DNA of 64,000 bases from Candidatus Woesearchaeota archaeon (GTDB lineage Archaea > Nanobdellota > Nanobdellia > Woesearchaeales > 21-14-0-10-32-9). A program made the translations under genes and the position numbers. The notes beneath the pieces are model-generated. The model ran no database searches. It worked only from the letters and a program-made list of their open reading frames with translations, and was not told the DNA's origin. This document shows positions 27,307 to 37,372 of the stretch, piece after piece. The first letter of the stretch is position 1. Each line of letters opens with the position of its first letter. The stretch covers positions 8,221-72,220 of the forward strand of contig JAHKLZ010000008.1 in assembly GCA_020854775.1 (NCBI GenBank), written 5' to 3'.

Positions 27307-29121
27307 TCAAAGTATTAACTTTATCTTATCTTTAAAAATTTTACCTAAATCAATAATTAAAGATTCACAAACCTGCAAGTCCCTACCAGAACTAGGAGAA
27401 TCCAACGCATCCTCAAAATCCTTAGGCTCACAACTCACAACCCTAGTTATTTTACCATCTTTCAAAAAAGCCTTCCTAATATTTTTCTCAGGAACCTCTA
27501 TGTCCTCAATTAAAAACAATTCATCACCCGTCAAAATGATTTCACCAGTCTTAGAACCATGCAAGAACCTAACTCTTGTTTTTTGAACCTCTAATAAACG
27601 CCTACGCTGAGCATGCTCCAACAACTCAGCTATAACAAATTTAGAATTAGACACTAACTTATTAACCTCTGATTTTGTAAGTTTTCCAGCATCAAAATCT
27701 TTCTTAGCAGAAAAAATGCTTTTCAACTCAGAAAAAATATTAGGAGACAACAACCCCTTATCAGCGAGCTTAGACTTAGTAATAGTTATCAAAGAGTTTT
27801 CATCAACCTCATCCAACCCGTGAAGTCTAAGAACTTCCTTTAAAGCATGAACTAATTCATCAAACAACTTAACAAAAACCTCTTTGTCTTTCAAAGCCTG
27901 AATCTCCTCAAACAATTTCTTCATACGACTAAGAAAAATCTCCGTTTCTTCATACAACTCATCCAATAATTTACCAGATACTTTCTTCAAAATACCATGC
28001 TCCAAGTCCTTCCTAACCTTAACTAATCTTTCCAGAATCTTAACGTGCTTATCCTCTAACAATTTTTCTTTCTTAACAAATAAATGTCTAAGAACATCAG
28101 AACACTCCTTAGGCGTAGGAGGAGGCAAACCATAAATCATGACCGCTGCTTGACCAGTAGTAAGCGCAGCCCAATAAAAATCCTCCATACCAATCTCTTT
28201 AAATTTTAAAGAAACACGATCAAGAACTTGATCGCCCGCTTGAGCATACATATCAATAGCTTCAGGACTAGGTTTAATCCTACCCATTTGAAGAAGTTGC
28301 TTCCAAGGCATAAATGTGCCACGATCAAATAAAGGAACACCATCCCTTAAAAAAGTAAAAATCACAGGGTTAGCTTCTTTAACACTCTCCCAGAAATCAG
28401 TCAATAAATAAACTTGAACACCTAACTCTTTATCAATACCCGTCATTTTTCTAACTTCATAAACCATGCTAATAATAATAGATCTTAACTTATCTTTAAG
28501 TTCTACCCTAGTCATTTTTTTAACATCAGTATCATCAATAACCACGAAGGTATCAACATCAGACTCAGGCGTAGCCCTACCCTGAACTAAGCTACCTGCT
28601 AAGACATAAGAAACAATGTATTTCTCAAATTTCTTAGTAACCATAGCTTTATGAATCTCAGCCAATTTCAAAGAAGATAAAATACCCGTATCATAAACCG
28701 TGGCGGAATTAGCAATAAGCTCCATCAAATCATACTTAGCATCAAAACAATTCTGCCAAATATCAGTAACTAAAACAGTTAAAGGATTAAAAGATTTCTT
28801 AATACTCTCAGCCATTTTAGAAACAACTTCTGCGACTTTACCACGAAGCTCATCCTTACTCATTTTTTTACTATCAGAATCATCAATTACAACTAAGACA
28901 TTAACTTTCTCCTTTTTCTCATCATCCTTACTAGGAGGAAGAAGAGCCAAACCCGACAAGTTACCTTCAAACTTAGCAACTAATTTATCTTTCAAAGATT
29001 CTAGATTTTTCTTGATATCATCAAGTTTTTTCTGAGAATCAACATCTAAGCCAGGAACATTAGCAGATTCTTTTTTATTATCAGACACACTTTTTTTTGA
29101 TTTGTTATTTTTCTTAGCCAT
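27307..29121 (-). CDS. Large tandem nucleotidyltransferase-domain protein with long helical C-terminal region (hypothetical)
   Basis: Second repeat YVLAGSLVQGRATPESDVDTFVVIDDTD is a Pol-beta NTase GS...DxD motif. The first repeat VNVLVVIDDSDSKK is a degenerate copy. The likely start is the ATG at 29119-29121 (MAKKNNKSKK). The track uses a GTG at 29133. Confidence 0.5.
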   Translation of the reverse strand: MAKKNNKSKKSVSDNKKESANVPGLDVDSQKKLDDIKKNLESLKDKLVAKFEGNLSGLALLPPSKDDEKKEKVNVLVVIDDSDSKKMSKDELRGKVAEVVSKMAESIKKSFNPLTVLVTDIWQNCFDAKYDLMELIANSATVYDTGILSSLKLAEIHKAMVTKKFEKYIVSYVLAGSLVQGRATPESDVDTFVVIDDTDVKKMTRVELKDKLRSIIISMVYEVRKMTGIDKELGVQVYLLTDFWESVKEANPVIFTFLRDGVPLFDRGTFMPWKQLLQMGRIKPSPEAIDMYAQAGDQVLDRVSLKFKEIGMEDFYWAALTTGQAAVMIYGLPPPTPKECSDVLRHLFVKKEKLLEDKHVKILERLVKVRKDLEHGILKKVSGKLLDELYEETEIFLSRMKKLFEEIQALKDKEVFVKLFDELVHALKEVLRLHGLDEVDENSLITITKSKLADKGLLSPNIFSELKSIFSAKKDFDAGKLTKSEVNKLVSNSKFVIAELLEHAQRRRLLEVQKTRVRFLHGSKTGEIILTGDELFLIEDIEVPEKNIRKAFLKDGKITRVVSCEPKDFEDALDSPSSGRDLQVCESLIIDLGKIFKDKIKLIL

Positions 29122-29278
29122 AAAAACAAACACCCCTAATTTTTTATAATAAGGTCATGAATAAAAAAAAACAAACTCTAGTTATATAAATGTTTTGCCA
29201 AAAAAATCAAAAAATATCCGAGAAAGAATTAGTAAAAGCAAAATTTTATTAATAAAAAACTAAAAACCAAAAAGTAAA

Positions 29279-29830
29279 ATGAAAATAACAATATCTGGAA
29301 CATTAGGAAGTGGAAAGAGCACAGTAGCAAAAATAATCTCAGAGAAACTAAACATAAAAAGATTTAATAGTGGAGGCCTAATGAGGCAAATGGCTGAAGA
29401 AAGAAATATGACTCTGAATGAATTACAAGAAATCGCTGAGAAAGACAGAAGCGTAGATGATGAAATAGATAGAAGACAAAAAGAACTAGGAGAAAAAGAA
29501 AATGATTTCATATTCGAAGGCAGATTAGGTTATCACTTCATACCTGATTCTTATAAAATATTCTTAAAAACAGATGTTGAAGTAGCTGCTGAAAGAATCT
29601 TAAAATCCATGAACGAAGAAAATAAAGAAAGACAACAAGAAGGACTAAAAAAAGATAAAAACGAGATAATAAACAGTCTTAAAAAAAGAAGAGAATCAGA
29701 ACAAAAAAGATACCAAGAATTGTATGATTTAAACTACGAAGACGAAACTAATTATGATTTAATAATAGACACAACGAATATTAACGCGGAAGAAGTCAGC
29801 AATAAAATAATAAAAGAAATAAAAAAATAA
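29279..29830 (+). CDS. cmk: Cytidylate kinase, archaeal type, with charged C-terminal extension
   Basis: MKITISGTLGSGKSTVAKIISEKL P-loop. Archaeal CMP kinase architecture. ~60 aa K/E-rich tail. Confidence 0.75.
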   Translation: MKITISGTLGSGKSTVAKIISEKLNIKRFNSGGLMRQMAEERNMTLNELQEIAEKDRSVDDEIDRRQKELGEKENDFIFEGRLGYHFIPDSYKIFLKTDVEVAAERILKSMNEENKERQQEGLKKDKNEIINSLKKRRESEQKRYQELYDLNYEDETNYDLIIDTTNINAEEVSNKIIKEIKK

Positions 29831-29833
29831 CAA

Positions 29834-30244
29834 TTATTCTTCTTTAGGTGCTTCAACAGGAGATTCTTCTGCAGGAGCTTCAAACAAAGGCGTTTTTCCT
29901 TGTTTAGTAACCTTAAGATTGATTTGAACAGTTTTAGTAATAACTGTGTTACCTGCAACTGTTCTTCTAGCCTTACGACCATCCTCGTTTTTTCTAATAC
30001 CTATACCTTTAACTATCAATATTTTCTTTCGGTTACCACCTAATACGTCTTTACGCATAGGAAACCCAGCATAATCACTACCACCTGTAATAACGAATTC
30101 ATAACCAGGTAAACCAAAAGAATCACCTTTTATAGACTCCCCAATTTTTTTACCAATAAAAGCCTCAGCTTCTGCATCTTTAACATCCTTCTTCAAAGTC
30201 TTCTTAGAAACAGGATCCCCAATGTTTAACTTAAATTCTACCAT
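29834..30244 (-). CDS. rps6e: 30S ribosomal protein S6e
   Basis: MVEFKLNIGDP...ITGGSDYAGFPMRKDV...RRTVAGNTV matches archaeal S6e. A GGAGGT Shine-Dalgarno lies 7 nt upstream of the ATG at 30242-30244, whereas the track start is at 30265. Confidence 0.85.
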   Translation of the reverse strand: MVEFKLNIGDPVSKKTLKKDVKDAEAEAFIGKKIGESIKGDSFGLPGYEFVITGGSDYAGFPMRKDVLGGNRKKILIVKGIGIRKNEDGRKARRTVAGNTVITKTVQINLKVTKQGKTPLFEAPAEESPVEAPKEE

Positions 30245-30347
30245 TTTTTTTACCTCCGAGAGCATCCGTAACCAATAAATGATTAGGCCTCAGTAAACAA
30301 TAGAAAAAACTATTCATTTTTAAATCTAACTACAAAAAAACAAAGAA

Positions 30348-30740
30348 TTAACGCTTAATCCTTCTAATCTTGTTCTTTAAACCAAAAAAATACCTAGAAA
30401 ACAAAGAATAAGACAAATCCAAATCATGTTTTCCTTTAACAGTTAAAAAATAAACTTTTCTCCTACCCTGCTTCTCAAACCTGACTAAACGCTTATTTTT
30501 AAGTTTCTTAAGAGCAGGATAAATAGTACCCGGAGTCAAAACAGTTCCTTTTCTCTTACCAATTTTTTTAGCTAAGTCCTCACCTGCTAAAGCCTTACTG
30601 CTTAACTCATGAAGAATTAAGAAACTAAGCAACCCTTTAAATTCGATGAAAGGAGACTCAGAAACAACATTAGCTTTAACAACTTTTTTAGATTTCTTCT
30701 TAACAACAACTTTTTTATCAACCACTACGACACAACTCAC
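30348..30740 (-). CDS. PadR-family transcriptional regulator with K/V-rich N-terminal extension
   Basis: LLSFLILHELSSKALAGEDLAKKIGKRKGTVLTPGTIYPALKKLKNKRLV is a PadR winged helix. Confidence 0.65.
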   Translation of the reverse strand: MSCVVVVDKKVVVKKKSKKVVKANVVSESPFIEFKGLLSFLILHELSSKALAGEDLAKKIGKRKGTVLTPGTIYPALKKLKNKRLVRFEKQGRRKVYFLTVKGKHDLDLSYSLFSRYFFGLKNKIRRIKR

Positions 30741-31177
30741 TTTTTTAATTCAAACTTCTTAATTTTATTAATCCTACGAAGATGTCTTCCCTTCAAAAAA
30801 TCAGAAACAAAAAAAGCTTTAACAATACCAGGAACATTTTTTTTAAGAGTTTTACCACTAAGCACTAAAACATTAGCATCATTATGAGACCTGCTCAACT
30901 TAGCCTCAGAAGGCGTATGACAAAGAGCAGCTCTAACCCCTTTATACTTATTAGCAGCGATACTCATACCAATACCTGAACCACAAACAAGAATTCCTAA
31001 AGACTTATTCTTAATAACTGCTTCAGAAACCTCGAAAGCAAAATCAGGATAATCATCCGATTCCTTATTAGAAGGAGAAAAATCCTCATAATTAAAATCA
31101 TTATCTTCCAAGAACTTAGTAACTGCTTCTTTAACTTTTACGCCTGCATGATCACTAGCAACAAACACTCTCTTCAT
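30737..31177 (-). CDS. rpiB: Ribose-5-phosphate isomerase B (RpiB/LacAB family)
   Basis: MKRVFVASDHAGVKVKE. GILVCGSGIGMSIAANKYKGVRAALCH. Confidence 0.85.
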   Translation of the reverse strand: MKRVFVASDHAGVKVKEAVTKFLEDNDFNYEDFSPSNKESDDYPDFAFEVSEAVIKNKSLGILVCGSGIGMSIAANKYKGVRAALCHTPSEAKLSRSHNDANVLVLSGKTLKKNVPGIVKAFFVSDFLKGRHLRRINKIKKFELKK

Positions 31178-32445
31178 AAAGAACCCCTCTTACCATACTT
31201 CATCCTAGGAAAAACACTGCTAATTCTTAATAATTGATTATATTTAGCAGTTCTTTCACCACGAGCAGGAGCACCTAACTTTATTTGACCACAACCAATA
31301 CCCACCGCTAAATCAGAAATAAACGCGTCTTCAGTTTCACCACTCCTATGACTAACCATGACGTTCCAACCCGCACTCTTAGCTAAAAAAACCGCGTCAA
31401 GAGCCTCAGTAACTGTGCCTATTTGATTAACTTTCAAAAGCAAAGCGTTACAAAGCTTTTTCTGAATAGCCACTTTTATTCTTTCAATATTAGACACAGT
31501 TAAATCATCACCCACTATTTGAACTTTTTTACCAACCCTCTTAGTAAGAGCTGCGAAGCCATCAAAATCATCTTCAGAGAAAGGATCCTCAATACTAATA
31601 ATTTTGTAATCATTAACTAATCCAACATAATACTCAACTAATTCAGAAGAAGACATAAACTTATTTTTATAAACTTCGTACCTCTTAACATCTTTATGAT
31701 AAAATTCAGAAGCCGCAGGATCTAACGCGAAACCAACTTTAGAGAAATAACCTGCTTTTTTAGACGCGATAGTTAACAAATCAAGAGCTTCCTCCGCTCT
31801 AGTAATAGGAGGTGCAAATCCGCCTTCATCACCCACAGACGTAGCAAAAGAACCAAAAGACTCAGCGAGAATATCTTTTAAAGAATGATAAATTTCAACT
31901 ACTATCCTAACAGCTTCCTCAAAATTCTTAGCCTTATAAGGCACAACCATGAATTCTTGAAACAACAATTCATTACCACAATGCTTCCCTCCGTTAATAA
32001 CGTTAGCAAAAGGAACAGGTAAAACAAACTTAGAATTATTAACTAATTTTCCCAAGTATTCATGAAGCGTTAAATCATAACTAATCGCACCAACCCTAGC
32101 ACAAGCCATACTAACACCTAGTATAGCATTAGAACCAATAATTTTTTTATTAGGACTCCCATCTTTAGCAATCATGGTTTCATCAATTAAGAATTGATCA
32201 TCTATAGCTAATCCCTTCAAAACAGGACTAATAACGCGTTTAACTTTATTAACTGCTTTAGAAACATTCTTACCTCTGTACTCTTTAGTTTTATCTCTTA
32301 ATTCAACAGCCTCATGAGAACCCGTACTAGCACCAGAAGGAACCATCGCGGAAGCGACAAAAGAAGACGTAAAAACCTCTGCTTCGACAGTAGGATTACC
32401 CCTAGAATCAAGAATCATACGCGCATTAATATTCTCAATTTTCAC
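31174..32445 (-). CDS. eno: Enolase (phosphopyruvate hydratase)
   Basis: ARMILDSRGNPTVEAEV. GDEGGFAP. SHRSGETED. Metal-binding and catalytic motifs are present. Confidence 0.95.
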   Translation of the reverse strand: MKIENINARMILDSRGNPTVEAEVFTSSFVASAMVPSGASTGSHEAVELRDKTKEYRGKNVSKAVNKVKRVISPVLKGLAIDDQFLIDETMIAKDGSPNKKIIGSNAILGVSMACARVGAISYDLTLHEYLGKLVNNSKFVLPVPFANVINGGKHCGNELLFQEFMVVPYKAKNFEEAVRIVVEIYHSLKDILAESFGSFATSVGDEGGFAPPITRAEEALDLLTIASKKAGYFSKVGFALDPAASEFYHKDVKRYEVYKNKFMSSSELVEYYVGLVNDYKIISIEDPFSEDDFDGFAALTKRVGKKVQIVGDDLTVSNIERIKVAIQKKLCNALLLKVNQIGTVTEALDAVFLAKSAGWNVMVSHRSGETEDAFISDLAVGIGCGQIKLGAPARGERTAKYNQLLRISSVFPRMKYGKRGSL

Positions 32446-32512
32446 AAAAAAACACCTCTATTATTACAAATAAAAGACAAAGAACTAAGATATAAAAACT
32501 TTTTGGAAAAAA

Positions 32513-33001
32513 CTAATTAAGTTCTTCATTAACATTTTTAAGTTTCCTAGATGAAGAAACAGAATTAAAAGCAATAAAATCCTTAACTTTAGCGCAACCA
32601 AGAAAATCAGATTCATTTTTCAAAATAACAAAACCCGATTCCACACCTATTCTTACATCAAACCCTTTGAACCAATCATGCTTTTCTTCCTGATTAATCT
32701 CAACAACGTTACAATTACACCTATCACCTATTAGCTGAGAACCTTCAATGCTTAATCTGAAACCATCCTTGTAAAACTTACCAAAATATAATCCGAGAGC
32801 ATCAACCCTTAATTTATCAAAATCAAGCAACTCAACATCCCTATTAATTAAAAAAACCTTTTCTTTTTTACTAAGAACAAAAACATAATCAAGCTTTTCA
32901 TCAAAACAAAATTGTTCCCTCAAAAAAAACATTATCTGCTTCACAGCCTTAGCATTCAAAACTTCATATTTACCAATATTAACCAAAACTAAACACCCCA
33001 C
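32513..33001 (-). CDS. PUA-domain RNA-binding protein (Nip7-like, tentative)
   Basis: GLYFGKF...FRLSIEGSQLIG...VVEINQEE...GFVILKNESDFLGCAKV resembles an archaeal Nip7/PUA fold. The start is uncertain (GTG). Overlaps the aIF5B stop. Confidence 0.35.
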   Translation of the reverse strand: MGCLVLVNIGKYEVLNAKAVKQIMFFLREQFCFDEKLDYVFVLSKKEKVFLINRDVELLDFDKLRVDALGLYFGKFYKDGFRLSIEGSQLIGDRCNCNVVEINQEEKHDWFKGFDVRIGVESGFVILKNESDFLGCAKVKDFIAFNSVSSSRKLKNVNEELN

Positions 33002-34749
33002 ACAGGGTTATGCTTACGCTTAATAGCAACAATTTCCTTCAAAACATCAAGCTCTAACTTAGACAAATGCTTAGTTAATTTCTTAATCTTCCTAAAATCA
33101 TGCTCAGACATATCAGAAAAATAAATTTCTCCTTCAACTAAGCGTTTCTCCGCGATGATATTAGGAAAACTAGCCGCGACTTGTCTTCCCTTCTCAACTT
33201 CAGAAATACTTTTATTCTCAGATTGCATACTCTTAATAACATCAACCTTATTACCTTGCTTATCCATCAAAAAAGTACCTGACTTAACAAATCCTTCAAT
33301 CACTTCTATACCTGCAATACAAGGATTACTCTGTCTAAAAATACAATTTTGCAAAACCTCTACTTTAGCAGGTCTAACTAAAGATTTAAGCTCTTCAGCC
33401 TCAAGCTTAGCAGTGACCTCATCAGACCACAATTTGTACTCATCAAGCAAAGAATAAATAATATCTTTAACAACCACTTTAACCTTATCCGTAGATTTTT
33501 CTTGTTTAATATTAAAACCAAGAATGACAGAGTGTAAAGGATCATCATCATAAGATGATTCAGCATCAGACAAATCCTTCTTAGTAATATTACCAATGCT
33601 AGCACGCCTAATACTAATATTTTGCTCCCTAAGCAACTTAATCAAAGCTTCCAAGCTACCAATAGTATCAGCTTTAACAATAATACCTTTTTTATCAGTT
33701 TCAAAAGCAACTTCATTAATTTGCTTCATTAAAGACTCTCTTAAAACATACTCATCCTGATCCTTTAAACCATGCAAAGGCATCCCCGCAACGACTTCCT
33801 CAGTAAAATCAGGACTACTAATCTTCACACCAGTAGCCGCAATTATTTCCTTAACGACTTTGAACCTAGACTTTTTATCACGCATATCCATTAATTCCTG
33901 AGGCATCAACAAAGCCCTAACCCTTGCAATTAACGGTTCAGATAAGGTACCAATCATCACAGTATCTCCTGCTTTCAAAGAACCATCATAAATAATTGCG
34001 TCAACACAACGACCAAGACCTTTATCATCCTTAACTTCTAAAATAATACCCTTAGCAGGCCCAGAAATATTTAATTTAAGACTTTCTTCTAAGAATTTTT
34101 GAGCTAAACCAGTAATAACCATTAACAACTCATCTAAACCAATACCCTGAGTCGCCGAACAAGGAATAATAGCGACTTGCTTAGTATAATCATCAACACG
34201 ATCAAAACGCTCCGCGCTAATACTAAAACGTTCATAAAGAAAACCAATTAATTCATAAATCTTAGTTTCAACGACTGTACGAACAGACTCGCTTTGATCC
34301 TTAAAAGAAGCAGAAAACAAAGAACTAGTCTTTCTAAAACCCTGAATCAAATCAACTTTGTTAGCAGCAATAACAAAAGGCGTCTTAAACGCCCTAAGAA
34401 TCTCAATAGCCTCAACTGTTTGAGGCTTTAAACCTTCATTAATATCAATAACAACAATAGCTATATCCGCTAAGTTACCCCCTCTTTTTCTAAGACTAGT
34501 AAAAGCCGCGTGACCAGGAGTATCAATAAATAAAATACCAGGAATAGTTATATTCATCTTTAAAGAATCAATTATAGGACCACACTTCTTTCTAATTACA
34601 TCAATAGGCATAATAGATGCGCCAATTGCTTGAGTAATAGCACCAGCTTCACCTTTAACAATATTAGTACCTCTAACCGCGTCAAGAATACTAGATTTGC
34701 CATGATCAACATGACCCAGCACCGAAATAATAGGTGAACGAATAGCCAT
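32989..34749 (-). CDS. infB: Translation initiation factor aIF5B (IF2 homologue)
   Basis: VLGHVDHGKSSILDAVRG G1. DTPGHAAF G3. NKVD G4. Domain II and domain IV beta-barrels. Confidence 0.9.
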   Translation of the reverse strand: MAIRSPIISVLGHVDHGKSSILDAVRGTNIVKGEAGAITQAIGASIMPIDVIRKKCGPIIDSLKMNITIPGILFIDTPGHAAFTSLRKRGGNLADIAIVVIDINEGLKPQTVEAIEILRAFKTPFVIAANKVDLIQGFRKTSSLFSASFKDQSESVRTVVETKIYELIGFLYERFSISAERFDRVDDYTKQVAIIPCSATQGIGLDELLMVITGLAQKFLEESLKLNISGPAKGIILEVKDDKGLGRCVDAIIYDGSLKAGDTVMIGTLSEPLIARVRALLMPQELMDMRDKKSRFKVVKEIIAATGVKISSPDFTEEVVAGMPLHGLKDQDEYVLRESLMKQINEVAFETDKKGIIVKADTIGSLEALIKLLREQNISIRRASIGNITKKDLSDAESSYDDDPLHSVILGFNIKQEKSTDKVKVVVKDIIYSLLDEYKLWSDEVTAKLEAEELKSLVRPAKVEVLQNCIFRQSNPCIAGIEVIEGFVKSGTFLMDKQGNKVDVIKSMQSENKSISEVEKGRQVAASFPNIIAEKRLVEGEIYFSDMSEHDFRKIKKLTKHLSKLELDVLKEIVAIKRKHNPVWGV

Positions 34750-34805
34750 AACTCAAAGAACAACCTTTTATTATAAAAAACTAACTAAAAAAAAAAGAAA
34801 AAAAA

Positions 34806-36296
34806 TTAAAAGAAATCCTCTTGTTTTTGCTTCTTCGTCTTCTTAAAATAAGGAGGATTAGACAAAACAGTTCTTTCTTTATTATTACTGGATTCAAACT
34901 TAGCTTTAGCCTTAGGAAGAGTTAAATCACCAACAACTTTTAATCTGGCTTTTACTTTATAAGTAAAAATTCTTTCTTCAAAAGGTTCTAATTCTTCAAT
35001 ATCCCAATAAAGCAACGTGCCTTTCTTAGAAGTCTTATTAACCCTAGACGGCCTAACATGACCAAGCTGAGTAGATTCAACGTAATCAGTTATACCTGAT
35101 ACTTTATCAATCACAGTTAAGTTCTTAACGGAACTACCTGAACGACTCCTAACAAATAATCTTATTCTAATATCAGAAGAACCTTCTCCTTTATCATGAT
35201 CAATAACCACAACTTCTTTCTCGACAACCACAGGGCTTCTAAGATTAAAATACATAAATATTGCTAAAACAACCAATAATAAGAAAATAACCAAAGGCCA
35301 ATAATTAGTTCTAACAATTATTATTTTTTGTTCGGTCGGCTTCAAAGTATGAGTCCACAAGAAACTAGATTCGCCATCAACAACTACGAATTCAGCACTA
35401 GGCGAAGTCTTAGAAAATAATTTCTTTAACCAACCAGCAGATAATGTAACTTCAGCTACTGCGTCCCTATTACCAAAGTTCTCAACAATTATCGTGTTAG
35501 TAACAATGAACAAAGCACTCCTAGAAGTTTCAAGTCTTGAAGGAGTAGACGAATAACCCTCCACTATGACTGTACCTCTATCCTGAGAAATAACTCTGTC
35601 AGTTTTAGGATAATAAATTTGAACAACTACTTCATATTCTCCAGGTGCTTGTAAAGGATCAAGCTGAAAAATGAATTCACTAGGAGGAATTTCTTGCAAA
35701 GGACCAATATTTATTTTTTCTTGACCTCTAAACAAATCACTAATAATCCTAATTTCTGCATCTTCAATATTTAAAGGATTCCTGTTTTTCAAACCCACAG
35801 TTAACCTAGCAGTATACCTAGGATCATATTTCTGAGGAAGATTAAGAATTACTTCTACGTTAGGAACAAAATCAAAAAATAATCCATCATAACTCATATG
35901 AACAGGAACTTGAAAAGTTTCAGATTCACCAGTTATTTGAGATTTTAAAATCAGATTCAAAGTATACACACCAATAGGCGTAGCTGGCTTAGGCCAAATA
36001 TTAAGAACAAAACTCTCCGTGCTCTTAGGACGAACAAGTACTGAGGAAGGAGAACTCATCCAATTAAGAGAGTCACCAAGAGAAAGACGAACATCATATC
36101 TTCCTTCAGTTTCAAGCAAATTAGTTATAGTTATGTTATACGTAGCAAACTCATCAGGACTAATCCTGAAATTAATATTATTCTGACTCATAGCGAATTC
36201 AGAAGCTAAAGTAGAAGTTGACAAAAACAACAAGAACATAAAAGATGCTAAAATTATTGATGAAACCCCAAACATTGATGATTTTTTAAATACCAT
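34806..36296 (-). CDS. Secreted/membrane-anchored hypothetical protein (signal peptide, ~300-aa ectodomain, one TM helix, ~145-aa C-terminal tail)
   Basis: N-terminal hydrophobic SSIILASFMFLLFLSTSTLASEF. TM YWPLVIFLLLVVLAIFMYF. No recognisable catalytic motif. Confidence 0.5.
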   Translation of the reverse strand: MVFKKSSMFGVSSIILASFMFLLFLSTSTLASEFAMSQNNINFRISPDEFATYNITITNLLETEGRYDVRLSLGDSLNWMSSPSSVLVRPKSTESFVLNIWPKPATPIGVYTLNLILKSQITGESETFQVPVHMSYDGLFFDFVPNVEVILNLPQKYDPRYTARLTVGLKNRNPLNIEDAEIRIISDLFRGQEKINIGPLQEIPPSEFIFQLDPLQAPGEYEVVVQIYYPKTDRVISQDRGTVIVEGYSSTPSRLETSRSALFIVTNTIIVENFGNRDAVAEVTLSAGWLKKLFSKTSPSAEFVVVDGESSFLWTHTLKPTEQKIIIVRTNYWPLVIFLLLVVLAIFMYFNLRSPVVVEKEVVVIDHDKGEGSSDIRIRLFVRSRSGSSVKNLTVIDKVSGITDYVESTQLGHVRPSRVNKTSKKGTLLYWDIEELEPFEERIFTYKVKARLKVVGDLTLPKAKAKFESSNNKERTVLSNPPYFKKTKKQKQEDFF

Positions 36297-36391
36297 TTAT
36301 AATTCCCTCCCTATAATAACGAAGATAGAAATCATTATTTAAATATTTTTCTTTGAAAAACACCTTAAATAACATAAAATGAAGAAAATAA

Positions 36392-37339
36392 TTATTTAAA
36401 ATACATGAACAACAAATAAGATGCGTAAAGAATTAAAAAAATTAAACCATGATATTTATTCAAATGATAATGATTCTTGATTTTGTTTTTCATTAAAAAA
36501 AACGTTAATAACAAAATACTAATAATTACGAATAAAAAATTTAAAACTCCGAACGAAGAAAAACCAATAGGAGCAACTAATGCTGAAACTCCTAGAACTA
36601 GCAAAACATTAAAAATATTAGAACCTATAACGTTACCAACAGCTAAATCATTTTTATTCTTTAACACACTAATAATAATAGTAACTAGTTCAGGAAGCGA
36701 AGTACCAAACGCGATAATAGAAGAACCAATAAACATAGTTGAGATTCCTAAAGACTCAGAAATAGATATAGCTCCCCCCACCACCCAATTACCCCCAAAA
36801 TATAAACCTAGAGAACCAATCAATACGTAAAAAACAGAGAGTTTAGAATTGACTTTTTCCACGTTTTCAACGAACTCCTTCTTTCTACGAAGAATAATAA
36901 ACAAATAAACAAAGAACAACAATAACAACAAAACACCATGAAACCTAAACAAAACAAGTTCTCCAAATAATAAAAAAGAAGAAAAAATAAGTAACAACAA
37001 AGCAAACACAGAACCTAAACTAAAAGGAATATCTATCTTAAAAGAATTCTTAGAAAAAACCAAAGAAACAAATAAAGCACCAACACCAAGAACTAGTAAA
37101 GTATTAGCAACATTACTGCCCGCTATGTTACCAATAATCAAATCATTCTCTCCTCTAATAGATGAATAAATATTAACAACTAATTCAGGAAGCGAAGTAC
37201 CAAGAGCAACAACAGTTAAACCAATAGTCATCTCAGAAACATTATATTTAAGAGAAATCGCTGAAGCCCCTTTAATTAATAAATCCGCCCCTTTAATCAA
37301 GAACAAAAAACCTAAAAAAAATAGTAAATATTCAAACAT
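36392..37339 (-). CDS. Na+/Ca2+ exchanger (CaCA family, YrbG-like)
   Basis: Two alpha-repeats, GNIAGSNVANTLLVLG and GNVIGSNIFNVLLVLG. 10 TM topology. Confidence 0.85.
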   Translation of the reverse strand: MFEYLLFFLGFLFLIKGADLLIKGASAISLKYNVSEMTIGLTVVALGTSLPELVVNIYSSIRGENDLIIGNIAGSNVANTLLVLGVGALFVSLVFSKNSFKIDIPFSLGSVFALLLLIFSSFLLFGELVLFRFHGVLLLLLFFVYLFIILRRKKEFVENVEKVNSKLSVFYVLIGSLGLYFGGNWVVGGAISISESLGISTMFIGSSIIAFGTSLPELVTIIISVLKNKNDLAVGNVIGSNIFNVLLVLGVSALVAPIGFSSFGVLNFLFVIISILLLTFFLMKNKIKNHYHLNKYHGLIFLILYASYLLFMYFK

Positions 37340-37372
37340 GTATACACCAAGAAAAATAATAATTTAAACAAT

